Source: Kiritimatiellia bacterium
GTDB lineage: Bacteria; Verrucomicrobiota; Kiritimatiellia; UBA8416; JABMPJ01
Length of the DNA: 64,000 bases
Assembly (NCBI GenBank): GCA_016783675.1
Contig: JADHWE010000002.1
Location: 19,690-83,689, forward strand
Direction of reading: 5' to 3'
The notes under the pieces were generated by a model. It ran no database searches. It was not told the origin of the DNA and saw only the letters and a program-made list of their open reading frames with translations. A program made the translations under genes and the position numbers. Numbering within the stretch: the stretch's first letter is position 1; every line of letters begins with the position of its first letter. Positions 1-9,264 of the stretch are shown here, one piece after another.

Positions 1-177
1 GGATTCGATTGCCACATCGATACGATGCATGAGGCGCTCGTAGTACTCGATTGAGAAAGCACGACGCGCCTGTTTCAGACGATCATGGGCCGCCGTGGTG
101 AAAACAGCCACCACCAACAGTATGGCGAGAAGAACCAGGGGGATGGCCTGCTGCTTGAGTGAGGGACTACGCATCAT
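1..177 (-). CDS. Partial CDS (N-terminal 59 aa only) of a membrane protein downstream of pilO. Start ATGATG overlaps the pilO 3' end. Possibly a PilP-like pilus assembly component.
   Basis: Minus-strand translation MMRSPSLKQQAIPLVLLAILLVVAVFTTAAHDRLKQ... has one TM helix. Position matches the pilMNOP convention. Runs off the window edge. Confidence 0.35.
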   Translation of the reverse strand, partial: MMRSPSLKQQAIPLVLLAILLVVAVFTTAAHDRLKQARRAFSIEYYERLMHRIDVAIES

Positions 178-718
178 CACCTCCCTGCAAGGCATCCCGG
201 AAACAGCGGATGTCCAGCTCAGTCTTGTAGGTGACACTGCTCTTGTCGCCCTGGCGCTGCAGTTGCATCAACGCACCATCGATCACCGTGAGGTGTTGCG
301 GGCTCTGCAGTTCATTGAGGAACTGCATCAGCGAGAGAATGTCGCCTTCGCCCTTCAGCTCAATATAGAGAGCGGGCGACGCGCTCTTCAGAGTCTCCAC
401 GCCATCCTTCACGCGCAGAGAGTTGATCGTGAACCGGTGGCGCCGGGCCAGTTCCGTGATCCGCATGCTCACATCCTCGGCCGCCGAGGTGTGCCCATCG
501 CCCATGACGGCAAACCCGCACACGACATCCTTGGCCACGCTCATGCGTTCTTCCACATCGTTCATGATGCCAAGCATCGCTTTACGACGATAGAGCTGGT
601 CTTCGACCGATGTGCAGTAAACATCCAGGGCGTTGTAGACGACGATCACGGTGAGGGCCGGCAAGACAATCCACGCCCAGAACGTTGCCTTTCTTCGCCT
701 GAAAATTCCCAAGTCCAT
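167..718 (-). CDS. pilO: Type IV pilus assembly protein PilO-like (GspM-fold)
   Basis: 183 aa with an N-terminal TM helix (FWAWIVLPALTVIVVY) and a periplasmic domain. Lies directly downstream of the pilM and pilN homologs. Confidence 0.55.
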   Translation of the reverse strand: MDLGIFRRRKATFWAWIVLPALTVIVVYNALDVYCTSVEDQLYRRKAMLGIMNDVEERMSVAKDVVCGFAVMGDGHTSAAEDVSMRITELARRHRFTINSLRVKDGVETLKSASPALYIELKGEGDILSLMQFLNELQSPQHLTVIDGALMQLQRQGDKSSVTYKTELDIRCFRDALQGGDDA

Positions 719-731
719 AAGACCGCTCTCT

Positions 732-1319
732 CTACTTCAGCTCTGCGGAAAACTGCATGACCACGACTGCGCGTCCGTCCGCGCGATCACGGCGCGTTGA
801 AATGGCCCGGATACGCGCCATCCGTGACTGGAGCGTTTCGTCGGCATTCCAGATCGACGTGAGACGGCCGCCGCTGACCTGCCGTTCGGCACTCCCATCG
901 GGAATGACAACACTGAAATTGATTTCGTCTTCCTTGTCATCCAGGCTCAACTTGAGCAAGTCGATACCCATCGGCAGGGGGGCCGTAAGCGCCGAGATGA
1001 TATTGACCAGGCTCACGCGATTACGAATCAGCTTCTCAATAGCCTCGAGGCTCTGTGCGTCCATTTCAAGTCGGCTCTTCGCGCGGCGCGCAAATTCGAG
1101 AATGTCCTCGGCGCGGTGATGGGCCACATGAAATTCCTGCTCTGATGCCTCGATATCCACTCGTAGACGCTTTGCGCGCAAGAGGCGACGGGTACTGCTG
1201 TTGGCCTGCCAAGCCAGGGCTATGATGCAGAGGACCAAGTAGCCGACCACGCCCCAGAAGAGCGCCTTGCGGACGGGCGCCGAAGCTGTCCTATCCTTGA
1301 GCAAGTTTATTTCGAACAT
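732..1319 (-). CDS. pilN: Type IV pilus assembly protein PilN
   Basis: N-terminus MFEINLLKDR matches the PilN consensus start. One TM helix follows (LFWGVVGYLVLCIIALAW), then a periplasmic coiled-coil region. Confidence 0.65.
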   Translation of the reverse strand: MFEINLLKDRTASAPVRKALFWGVVGYLVLCIIALAWQANSSTRRLLRAKRLRVDIEASEQEFHVAHHRAEDILEFARRAKSRLEMDAQSLEAIEKLIRNRVSLVNIISALTAPLPMGIDLLKLSLDDKEDEINFSVVIPDGSAERQVSGGRLTSIWNADETLQSRMARIRAISTRRDRADGRAVVVMQFSAELK

Positions 1320-1333
1320 CACCATGGCCAGCC

Positions 1334-2263
1334 TTATCTTCGCATCGCTACGCCAATCGCAGCCGTCAGCGCCCGCCCGTGCTCTGGGCGATTATCCAGC
1401 ATGCGACGCACCCGCGAACTAGTGACAGGCATATCCTGACAGGGGTCCCAGATCGACACAGGCAGACCGACGCGCCGTTGGACGTTTTCACAGAGCCTCT
1501 CCATGTCGGGTGCCTGTCCCGTGATAACGAGGTCGCTTACCGGATCGCGCCGCAACTTGAACTCGTAGTACTTCAGCACATCCGTCAGGCTGTCGGCCAG
1601 ATGGCGGTCGCGCGCTTCACTATCCCCCACATCCATGATGCAGCGGGGATACATGGCGTTACCGTCGAACAGGATGGCAAGATCGGCTGTTCGGCCGGCC
1701 AGGTTTACGAGGCAGACAGCATGTTCTTTGCATTCGTCTCCTCGCAGACCCATGTAGACATTGCCGAGAGCGGTGCAACCCACGTCGACAACAACCGGTA
1801 CGAGGCCTGCTGCTTCCAGGATCGACCGGTGCCGAAAAAGCTCCTGCTGCGGCACCGCCACCAGGATGCCCTCTCTGCCCCGGCTGTCCCCGGCCGTAGC
1901 TTCGACCACATCCTCGTGCCAATCCATCGCGATCTCGCCTGGATCGAGTTGCAGCACCTCCTCGGCCTCCAAGCTGAGGGCCGAGGCCAATTCGTCGTCG
2001 TTCAGGGACGGAAAACGGAAGTGCCTGACAATCAAGGCAGGACTGCGCAGACACGACGTAACGGTGAAACAAGAAAGGTGGGTATCCTTCCAGAGATCAC
2101 GTAGCGCTGCAGCCACTCCCTGGGCGTCAAGGCCGGGTGACAAGGGCGCCCACCCGGCATTTTTCAGGTACAGTCTGTTTGCGCCTCTGACTTCCACCTG
2201 GGCCATAGAGACCTGGTCGGCCCCTATGTCCAAGCCCACAACTGTCTCCCTGGTGAACATCAT
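1334..2263 (-). CDS. pilM: Type IV pilus assembly ATPase-fold protein PilM
   Basis: VVGLDIGADQV actin-like phosphate-1 motif at the N-terminus. 309 aa. Immediately upstream of pilN. Confidence 0.7.
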   Translation of the reverse strand: MMFTRETVVGLDIGADQVSMAQVEVRGANRLYLKNAGWAPLSPGLDAQGVAAALRDLWKDTHLSCFTVTSCLRSPALIVRHFRFPSLNDDELASALSLEAEEVLQLDPGEIAMDWHEDVVEATAGDSRGREGILVAVPQQELFRHRSILEAAGLVPVVVDVGCTALGNVYMGLRGDECKEHAVCLVNLAGRTADLAILFDGNAMYPRCIMDVGDSEARDRHLADSLTDVLKYYEFKLRRDPVSDLVITGQAPDMERLCENVQRRVGLPVSIWDPCQDMPVTSSRVRRMLDNRPEHGRALTAAIGVAMRR

Positions 2264-2347
2264 GTCACCCGGATCTTTCCGGCACCGTTACAGGTGCTCA
2301 CTGCGCACCATCGTCACCCCACGAGCAGGGAACGGTCTCATCTGAGA

Positions 2348-2770
2348 TCACGGACTATATTCAAAGTCCCGGGTCCAATCCCCATCCTGGTTCAGCGTGA
2401 TCTGGACAGCAGCAACATCCGCTTTCGATCCAGTCGCCGTCAGGGTGTACGTTTGCGATTGAAGGGACATCTCGTAATCGCCATCTAAGAAATACTTCCC
2501 GTTCAGGTCGCCTGTAGATAGCCCAGGCAGATCGATCGGGTCGTCCGACGTGATCGGGTCCCCATCGAGGTCAACATTGTAGTGACCTGTTTCGGCATAC
2601 ATCCCACGCAACACCGTGCGAATGGTACCCAGGCCAGCTTCCGCCTCTGTGGCCATCGCACGTGTCTTGTTGGCGCTCATCAGCGGAATGGCTACCGCTG
2701 CCAGGATAGCGACGATAACCGCCACCACCATCAGTTCCACCAGCGTGAAACCTTCGCGTTTACGTTTCAT
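2348..2770 (-). CDS. pilA: Type IV (pseudo)pilin with prepilin leader
   Basis: MKRKREG|FTLVELMVVAVIVAILAAVAIP is a class III signal peptide (G-F-T-L-x-E) followed by a hydrophobic helix. 140 aa. Confidence 0.75.
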   Translation of the reverse strand: MKRKREGFTLVELMVVAVIVAILAAVAIPLMSANKTRAMATEAEAGLGTIRTVLRGMYAETGHYNVDLDGDPITSDDPIDLPGLSTGDLNGKYFLDGDYEMSLQSQTYTLTATGSKADVAAVQITLNQDGDWTRDFEYSP

Positions 2771-2914
2771 TGTGTGTCTCCTTTTGGGTTAGTTTGTTCC
2801 AATCACCGACACCCAACCGATGACCGCTGTCCTACCGTCCTCTCACCATGAAGCACATGAAACTCATGAAGACCTTTTCTTTCATGTTCTTCATGCGCTT
2901 CATGGTAAAGCTCT
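2771..2914. promoter_or_regulatory. Pilin upstream region with an inverted array of CATGAAG / CTTCATG heptamers (three copies on each arm)
   Basis: Plus strand 2851-2915 reads gaagcacatgaaactcatgaagaccttttctttcatgttcttcatgcgcttcatgg. The two arms are near reverse complements. Confidence 0.4.
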
Positions 2915-4144
2915 CTATCCACCGTGTGCCGCTGCTGAGAACACGGGCAAGTATACCGCCATAACCAGTATCAGCACAACAATTCCGAACAGGCAAATTA
3001 TGATCGGCTCGAAGAGCGATGTTGCCACCATAACCGCCGCTTCGACCTGTTCTTCGTAAACCACCGAGATACGCTCCAGCACCTCGGGCAGGCGCCCGGA
3101 CGACTCGCCCACGCTCACCATGCGGACCACCAGGCGCGGCAGCCTGACGTCGCGCTCCAGGCTCTCGGAGATTCCGGCGCCCTCAATGATTCGATCGCGA
3201 GCGTCCAACAGCGACTTCTCCATGATCCGGTTGCCGCAGGTCGCCGCAGCCATCTCCATGGCCGTGGCCACCGGCACGCCACCGCGTATCATGGTGGAGA
3301 AATTCTGGCAGAAACGCGCCACGGAGAACTTCATGATACAGGGGCCAAAGTAGGGCAGTTTCAGTTTGAGCGCATCAAACATGTACTGGCCCGCCGTGGT
3401 ACGACTCCAGATGTACAGCCCGACAATCGCTATGCCGATGCCCCCGCCGATCAACAGTGCATTGTCGATGAGAAACTGGTTGAGGCCGAAAACCATTCGC
3501 GTGATGCGCGGCAGTTCGGAATCATAGCCGCTGAAGATCTCCTGGAATTTGGGCAAGACGAAGAGCGTCATGATCACGCAGACGACGCAGAAGAATACCG
3601 CTACAAAGATCGGGTAAGCCGTGATGCTGCGGATCTTGGTCTGCAGGCGCTGGGTACGCTCCTCCGCCACGGCAAGTTGCTCAAGCGTTTGTGGCAGACT
3701 GCCCGATTCCTCGGCCGCTCGAATCAAGGCCACGAAGAGCGTGTTGAACGTGTTGGGATGCTGTGCAAGCGCATCGGAAAAAGACACACCGGAATGTAAC
3801 TGGTCGACAATCTGCTCAAGCACCCGCTTGAACCCTGGCTTGTCCAGGTCCTCAGTGATGGACTCGAGTGATTCACGCAGCGGCACGCCCGCATTGACCG
3901 AGATGGCCAACTGGCGACAGAAAAGGGCGCGGTCGGCAGTCGAGATGGCGCCGCCCCAGCGTGTGAAGCTCCCCCGCTTACGGGTATGGGCGCGCTTCCG
4001 TCCCCGGCCGGTCTCTTCGACCGAAAGCGGGATCAACCCGCGGGAACGAAGCTGTCCGAGCGCTGCGTGACGAGAATCCGCACGCAGTGTCGCGCGTACC
4101 ATCTCGCCATCGTCCTGCTTGGCGGTGTAGGTAAAGGTTGCCAT
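2915..4144 (-). CDS. pilC: Type IV pilus inner-membrane platform protein PilC (GspF family)
   Basis: 409 aa GspF-family protein with two repeated cytoplasmic domains and three TM segments. Stop/start are adjacent to pilB. Confidence 0.85.
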   Translation of the reverse strand: MATFTYTAKQDDGEMVRATLRADSRHAALGQLRSRGLIPLSVEETGRGRKRAHTRKRGSFTRWGGAISTADRALFCRQLAISVNAGVPLRESLESITEDLDKPGFKRVLEQIVDQLHSGVSFSDALAQHPNTFNTLFVALIRAAEESGSLPQTLEQLAVAEERTQRLQTKIRSITAYPIFVAVFFCVVCVIMTLFVLPKFQEIFSGYDSELPRITRMVFGLNQFLIDNALLIGGGIGIAIVGLYIWSRTTAGQYMFDALKLKLPYFGPCIMKFSVARFCQNFSTMIRGGVPVATAMEMAAATCGNRIMEKSLLDARDRIIEGAGISESLERDVRLPRLVVRMVSVGESSGRLPEVLERISVVYEEQVEAAVMVATSLFEPIIICLFGIVVLILVMAVYLPVFSAAAHGG

Positions 4145-4145
4145 A

Positions 4146-5876
4146 TCAGACCTCCGCCCCGTAGTTGTCCATACCGAGCGGGCAAACGCCCAGGAGCTCC
4201 GTCACGGTTGTTTCGCCGCGCTCGACCTTGTGCAAGCCGTTCGTAAGCAGCGGTTCCATGCCCAGCCTTTGTGCGCCCTGCCGTAGTTCGACCTCGCCCA
4301 CGCTGTCAACGATCATCTGGCGCACTTCATCTTCCACTTCAAGATACTCAAAAACACCGGTCCGCCCTTTGAACCCCCGGCGATTGCACTTGGCACATCC
4401 GACGCCCTTATAGAAGGTCCACTGGTCGACTTCGGCCCGGTGCGGGCGCAGCAAGCTCAACAGGTCCTCATCCAGCTCGGTCTCGGCCTTGCACTCAGGG
4501 CAGAGCACGCGCACGAGGCGCTGGGAGAGGACGAGCTTCATGGTGGCGGCAATCAGGTAGGGCTCAATTCCGATGTCACGCAGGCGCCAGAACGCTGACG
4601 GCGAGTCGTTCGTATGTAGCGTGCTGAGCACTAGGTGACCGGTGAGGGAGGCGCGCATGGCAATCCGGGCCGTCTCAACGTCACGGATCTCACCGATCAT
4701 AATGATGTCGGGATCCTGGCGCAGGATCGAGCGCAGGGCATTGGCGAAGGTCAGGTCGATCTGGGCGTGAACCTGCATCTGGTTGATCTGGCGAAGCTGG
4801 TACTCGACCGGGTCCTCAACGGTCTGGATGTTCTTCTCAGGGCTGCGAAGGAAGCTGAGGGCACTGTAGAGCGTGGTGGTCTTCCCGCTGCCCGTGGGAC
4901 CGGTCAGCAGGACAATGCCGTTCGGAAGCTTGAGCACACGGCGAAAGTTGTCGAGCATGGATCGGCCGAACCCGATCTCCGTCATATCGACACGCAACGA
5001 GTCGCGGTCGAGGATGCGGAGCACCAGCTTCTCGCCGTGGATTTCGGGCAGCGACGAGACGCGTACGTCGATCACGCGTTTGTAGGCCGAGAACTTGAAG
5101 CGGCCATCGAGCGGCAGGCGGTGCTCCGCGATGTCCATACCCGAGAGGATCTTCACGCGTGTCACGACGGCCGGGTAGAGGCTCTTGGAAGGAGGGGTCA
5201 CCTCCTGGAGCACACCATCGACACGCAGGCGCACCGAGACTTCCCGCTCGCCCGGTTCGAAGTGAATGTCACTGGCGCCATCGCGCACGGCCTGCATCAG
5301 GATGAGGTTAACAAAACGGACGACGGGGGCATCATTGGCCTCGATACGGAGCTGGTCGGCGTCGCGCCCCTCTTCACCGTCCAGTGACGTGGTCTCGGCA
5401 TCCAGGTCGGCGATATCCTTGAGGTCGTGCTCCAGGTAGGCGTCGGCCCGGTAGAACTTATCGATCGCGGTGAGAATGCGATCTTCGGTGCTGACCGCCT
5501 TGATAACTTCCAGCCCGGTCTGCGAGCGCACGGTGTCGAGCGCCTCGATATCAAGCGGGTCGCGCATGACCACCGTCACCGCCGAGGCCGACTCCTTCTT
5601 GAGCGGCACGAGGCAAAAACGGCGCGCCACGGATTCGGGAACGAGATGGACCTCGTCCGGGCGCAGATCGTAGGCCTCGCCCAGCTCGATGAAAGGGATG
5701 TCGAGCTGCACGGCCAGGGCACGCGCAATGTCCGTCGGGGAGGCATACCCGAGTTCCAGAAGCACGTCGCCGAGGAACTTGTTGGTTCCCCGTTGCTGCT
5801 CCAGCGCGTGATCCAGCTCCGCATCGGTGATGGCACCACTGTTTCGGAGGATATCGCCTAGTTTAAGTGTGCTCAT
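4146..5876 (-). CDS. pilB: Type IV pilus assembly ATPase PilB (GspE family)
   Basis: N-terminal MshEN/GSPII domain, Walker A GPTGSGKTTT, Asp/His boxes, and a tetracysteine CPEC...CAKC zinc motif. Confidence 0.85.
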   Translation of the reverse strand: MSTLKLGDILRNSGAITDAELDHALEQQRGTNKFLGDVLLELGYASPTDIARALAVQLDIPFIELGEAYDLRPDEVHLVPESVARRFCLVPLKKESASAVTVVMRDPLDIEALDTVRSQTGLEVIKAVSTEDRILTAIDKFYRADAYLEHDLKDIADLDAETTSLDGEEGRDADQLRIEANDAPVVRFVNLILMQAVRDGASDIHFEPGEREVSVRLRVDGVLQEVTPPSKSLYPAVVTRVKILSGMDIAEHRLPLDGRFKFSAYKRVIDVRVSSLPEIHGEKLVLRILDRDSLRVDMTEIGFGRSMLDNFRRVLKLPNGIVLLTGPTGSGKTTTLYSALSFLRSPEKNIQTVEDPVEYQLRQINQMQVHAQIDLTFANALRSILRQDPDIIMIGEIRDVETARIAMRASLTGHLVLSTLHTNDSPSAFWRLRDIGIEPYLIAATMKLVLSQRLVRVLCPECKAETELDEDLLSLLRPHRAEVDQWTFYKGVGCAKCNRRGFKGRTGVFEYLEVEDEVRQMIVDSVGEVELRQGAQRLGMEPLLTNGLHKVERGETTVTELLGVCPLGMDNYGAEV

Positions 5877-5970
5877 TAAGACTTACATGGATGGACAGGA
5901 TGGACAGGACAGGGGAGGACATCCCCTCTATCCTGTGCATCCATGTTAATTCGTCCCTGGCCCAACTCCA

Positions 5971-7932
5971 TCATTCGCCTACAGAGGGGAAGCGTTTGAT
6001 CACCGACTCCCGTTCAGCGTCGTCTTCCGCCGTCGGCAGTTTCCGGGCTTCACCCGATTCCTCGCGGTTCAACTTCTCGGCAATCTCGGCGCGGGCGGCT
6101 TCGAGGGCGGCCCGTTCGCGCGCGCGTTGGTCCGCCTTGGCCTTGTCGATAGCGCGGTCCCGCGCTTCTGCTTCTTCACGCTCACGCTGTTCGGCGGCTT
6201 CGCGGCGGGCCTCGGCTGCAGCGCGATCCTGCTCAAACAGCTCCCGGCGCAGCTCTTCCTGGCGGGCTTCTTCCGCCATACGCTCGGACTTCTCACGTGC
6301 GCGCGACTCGGTGAGCTCACGGGCCGCCTTCTCCATTTCGACGATGTGTGCAGTGGTGGCTTCGCGCATCACGCCTTCGTCCACCATGTCGCTCTCCGAA
6401 TCGATAATCGTGGCTGTCAGGAATATGAGCAGGTCCATCTTGCGATTATCAATCGCCTCGCGCCGGAACAGGCGCCCTATAAGAGGAATAGCACCCAGGA
6501 ACGGCACGCTCAGCGTCGTTTTGCTCTCCTGGTCTTCGAGCAGGCCGCCGATCACAATCGTCTCCCCGCTCTGCACAAGGATGTGTGTCTCCGCCTCGCG
6601 CGTGGAAAGGATAGGATACTCGGTCAGGGAGATATTGCCCTGCTCGCCGGTCTTGCCCGACGTCGTCGAGATCAGGGTGCGGACCTTCGGGTTGACGACC
6701 ATGCGAACCGAGTTGTTGTCGCAGATCTGCGGGATCACGTTAAGCTGAATACCGATATTCTCGTAATAGTCCAGCGAGGTGGAGATAGAGCCGGAAGATG
6801 AGCCCGAGGCGCTTGTTTGCGACTCAATAATCGGATACTTGGTGCCGACCATGATGGTGGCTTCCTGATCGTTGAGCGTCATCACCCGCGGCGAGGACAG
6901 GAGATTGGCCCGTACATCCTCTTCCATCATGTGAAGCAGTGCCTCGAACTGGAGGTCGCTGAGCTGCTGGAACAGCAGCGAAAGTCCTGCCTAGTAGGGA
7001 GCCGTGCCGCCCAGCTCGGACACGGGTTTGAACGAAGCCGGCTTGACCCCCCCGCCGGACTGGCGAACGCCAATCCCAACCAGGTTGCCGTTGCCTTCCA
7101 GGTTCACCGGTTGTGCCGCCGTCACCTGGGTCGCGTTCGGGCCCGTTCCGAACTCCACACCGATGTCCTGCAGGAAGTCGGACGACACCTCGACGAAGCG
7201 CGCCTCGATCAGGATCTGGGTCGGCCTCTCATCCACTTCGTCCAACATGGCCCCGATCTTCTCCAGCACGGCACTCGTGTCGACCACGACGAGGGTCTTG
7301 CTCCGCAGCTTGACATCTTTGAGAACCTGTTCGTTCTCGACCTCGGCACGTTGACGACGGTCCAGGGCACCGCCGGATCCGCGGCTTCCCCTGCGGCTGG
7401 TATCCTCGTAGGCCCATCCGCGTTGACCGCGGATGGTCAGTGCGCTCCAGTTACCACGCGAGGTCAACTGGGCTTCGATCATGTCTTTGACTGCCGCGGC
7501 GTCCAGGTATTTCAGGTGGAAAACGCGCGAGGAGAGCGGCTCCTGCTGCTCAACTGTCTGGAACTTGTCCAACGAGTTGACGACGATCGCCTCGCCGACC
7601 TGCTGGTAGCCGTAGCCGTAGGGCTTCAGGATGACATCCAGCGCATCCTGCCAGGGCACATCGGTCAGGTGGACGTTAACCGTTGCCTCGACATCCGGCC
7701 CGATGACAATGCTCTTGCCGGTTTGCCGCGAGAAGGCACTGAGCACCTGTACCAGGTTTCCGCCCTGGACATTGATGCTCACTCTATCGGCGTAGACCTC
7801 CTCGGTCATCTCGGCCTCGGGTTCCATGTCCTGGGCTGCGGCCGGGAACATTCCCGCGCCAAGGAGTATCGCCACTGCCAGACCTGCCACTACCCAACTG
7901 TCAGACTTGCCCATCACTAACCTGCCTTTCAT
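5971..7932 (-). pseudogene. pilQ: PilQ/GspD-family secretin interrupted by an in-frame TAG at 6991-6993. ORF-track fragments are 6991..7932 (N0/N-domains) and 5971..6930 (secretin domain plus charged C-terminal tail).
   Basis: Both fragments are in the same frame. Translating through the TAG gives a continuous ...GGTAPY*AGLSLLFQQLSDLQFEALLHMMEEDVRANLLSSPRVMTLNDQEATIMVG. The N fragment has a signal peptide and N-domains. The C fragment has the secretin core (LSVPFLGAIPLIGRLF). The start overlaps the pilT stop (ATGA). Confidence 0.7.
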
Positions 7933-9044
7933 TTCCTGCGAGGTTTAGCAGTCAACAACCGAACCAACTCTTTCGGGCGCGGCGATCGGCGCAGCGCCTT
8001 CTCCTCTGTAATCAATCCCTCGTGGAACAGCCGGGAGAGGGAATCGTTCATAGTCATCATACCCTCTGAAGCCCCGGTTTCAATGACCGAGTATATCTGC
8101 TGGATCTGCATCTCGCGGATCTGGTTGCGGATGGCGTTGTTAACGCTCATCACTTCGCATGCCAGTACGCGACGTGTCTTGTCGCTGGTCATCAGGAGTT
8201 GCTGGGAGATGATGCCGACCAGCACCATGGAGAGTTGCACGTAAACCTGTTGCTGCTGATCGGGCGGAAACACGTCGACAATACGGTTGATGGCATGGGT
8301 CGTATCCTGCGTATGCAGCGTGGCGAGAATCAGATGACCTGTCTCGGCCAACGTCAGGGCCAACTGCATCGTCTCAAGGTCGCGCATCTCACCCACCATG
8401 ATCACGTCGGGACTCTGACGGAACACACTGCGCAAGGCGCCGGAGAAGGTATGCGCGTCGGCCCGCAGTTCGCGCTGGGCGATCACACTCTGGCGGTGCT
8501 GGTGCAGGTACTCGATGGGGTCCTCGATGCAGACAACGTGCACGTGGCGCGTGTCGTTGATGAAATCGATCATGGACGCCATCGTCGTGGACTTTCCGCT
8601 TCCGGCCGGTCCGGTAATCAGCACGAGCCCATGCGGGCGCGAGGCAAAGTCGCGCACGATCAGTGGCAGACCTAGCGTTTCGAACGCGGGAATCTCGTAA
8701 GGGATCATCCGGATGGCCATGGCCACGGAGTTGCGTTGGTAGAAGACGTTGACGCGGAAGCGGGAGACCCCTTCGATGCCGTGGGCAATGTCGATGCTGC
8801 GGTCCGCTTCGAATTTCTCCCGGTCCGGCTTGCTCAGCAGGGACTCAGCCAGGGCACGGGTATCGTCGCCTTTTAAGGGGGTGGTTCCGAAAGGCACGAG
8901 GACACCGTTGACACGGTATTGCGGCATCGTCCCCGCCGTGATCAGAAGATCGGATGCCTGCTGGCGAGCCATTTCGCCCAGAAGCTGATCTATGGAGAAC
9001 TTACTCACGCTTGCCCCTTCGCATTTGATCGACAGCCGACTCAT
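7929..9044 (-). CDS. pilT: Twitching motility retraction ATPase PilT
   Basis: ASDLLITAG...GPAGSGKSTT Walker A. PilT/PilU family, ~370 aa. The ORF extends to 9062. The start is chosen at MSRLS; MARQQ is also possible. Confidence 0.8.
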   Translation of the reverse strand: MSRLSIKCEGASVSKFSIDQLLGEMARQQASDLLITAGTMPQYRVNGVLVPFGTTPLKGDDTRALAESLLSKPDREKFEADRSIDIAHGIEGVSRFRVNVFYQRNSVAMAIRMIPYEIPAFETLGLPLIVRDFASRPHGLVLITGPAGSGKSTTMASMIDFINDTRHVHVVCIEDPIEYLHQHRQSVIAQRELRADAHTFSGALRSVFRQSPDVIMVGEMRDLETMQLALTLAETGHLILATLHTQDTTHAINRIVDVFPPDQQQQVYVQLSMVLVGIISQQLLMTSDKTRRVLACEVMSVNNAIRNQIREMQIQQIYSVIETGASEGMMTMNDSLSRLFHEGLITEEKALRRSPRPKELVRLLTAKPRRK

Positions 9045-9264
9045 CCCGCAAACGAACTGCATCGAGACAACAGTCGCTTGCTTAGTGGCATTCTAGTTTC
9101 TGATGGTGGGTACGCAAGGGGATTATGAACAGAATCCAGAATTAAATCACTCACAGCTCTGCACGCGTTCCTATTGAGCGCCTATTCCCTTGTCTTGCAG
9201 TGGATCGCAAGGCTAGACTCGCAGACGCTTGTATTGCATCAATAATGAACGGGAGGTCCTTCCT

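Noticed and set aside
95-760. Plus-strand 221-aa ORF and many other long antisense ORFs (for example 9316..10758, 6817..7920, 62731..63972)
   Set aside because: They overlap well-supported genes on the opposite strand. Their composition (R/A/G/H-rich) is typical of spurious ORFs in high-GC DNA.
6991-6993. TAG in the secretin as pyrrolysine or other recoding
   Set aside because: TAG is used as an ordinary stop elsewhere in the window (for example the V-PPase at 24886-24888). No pyl genes are seen. A pseudogene or sequencing error is more parsimonious, although readthrough cannot be excluded.
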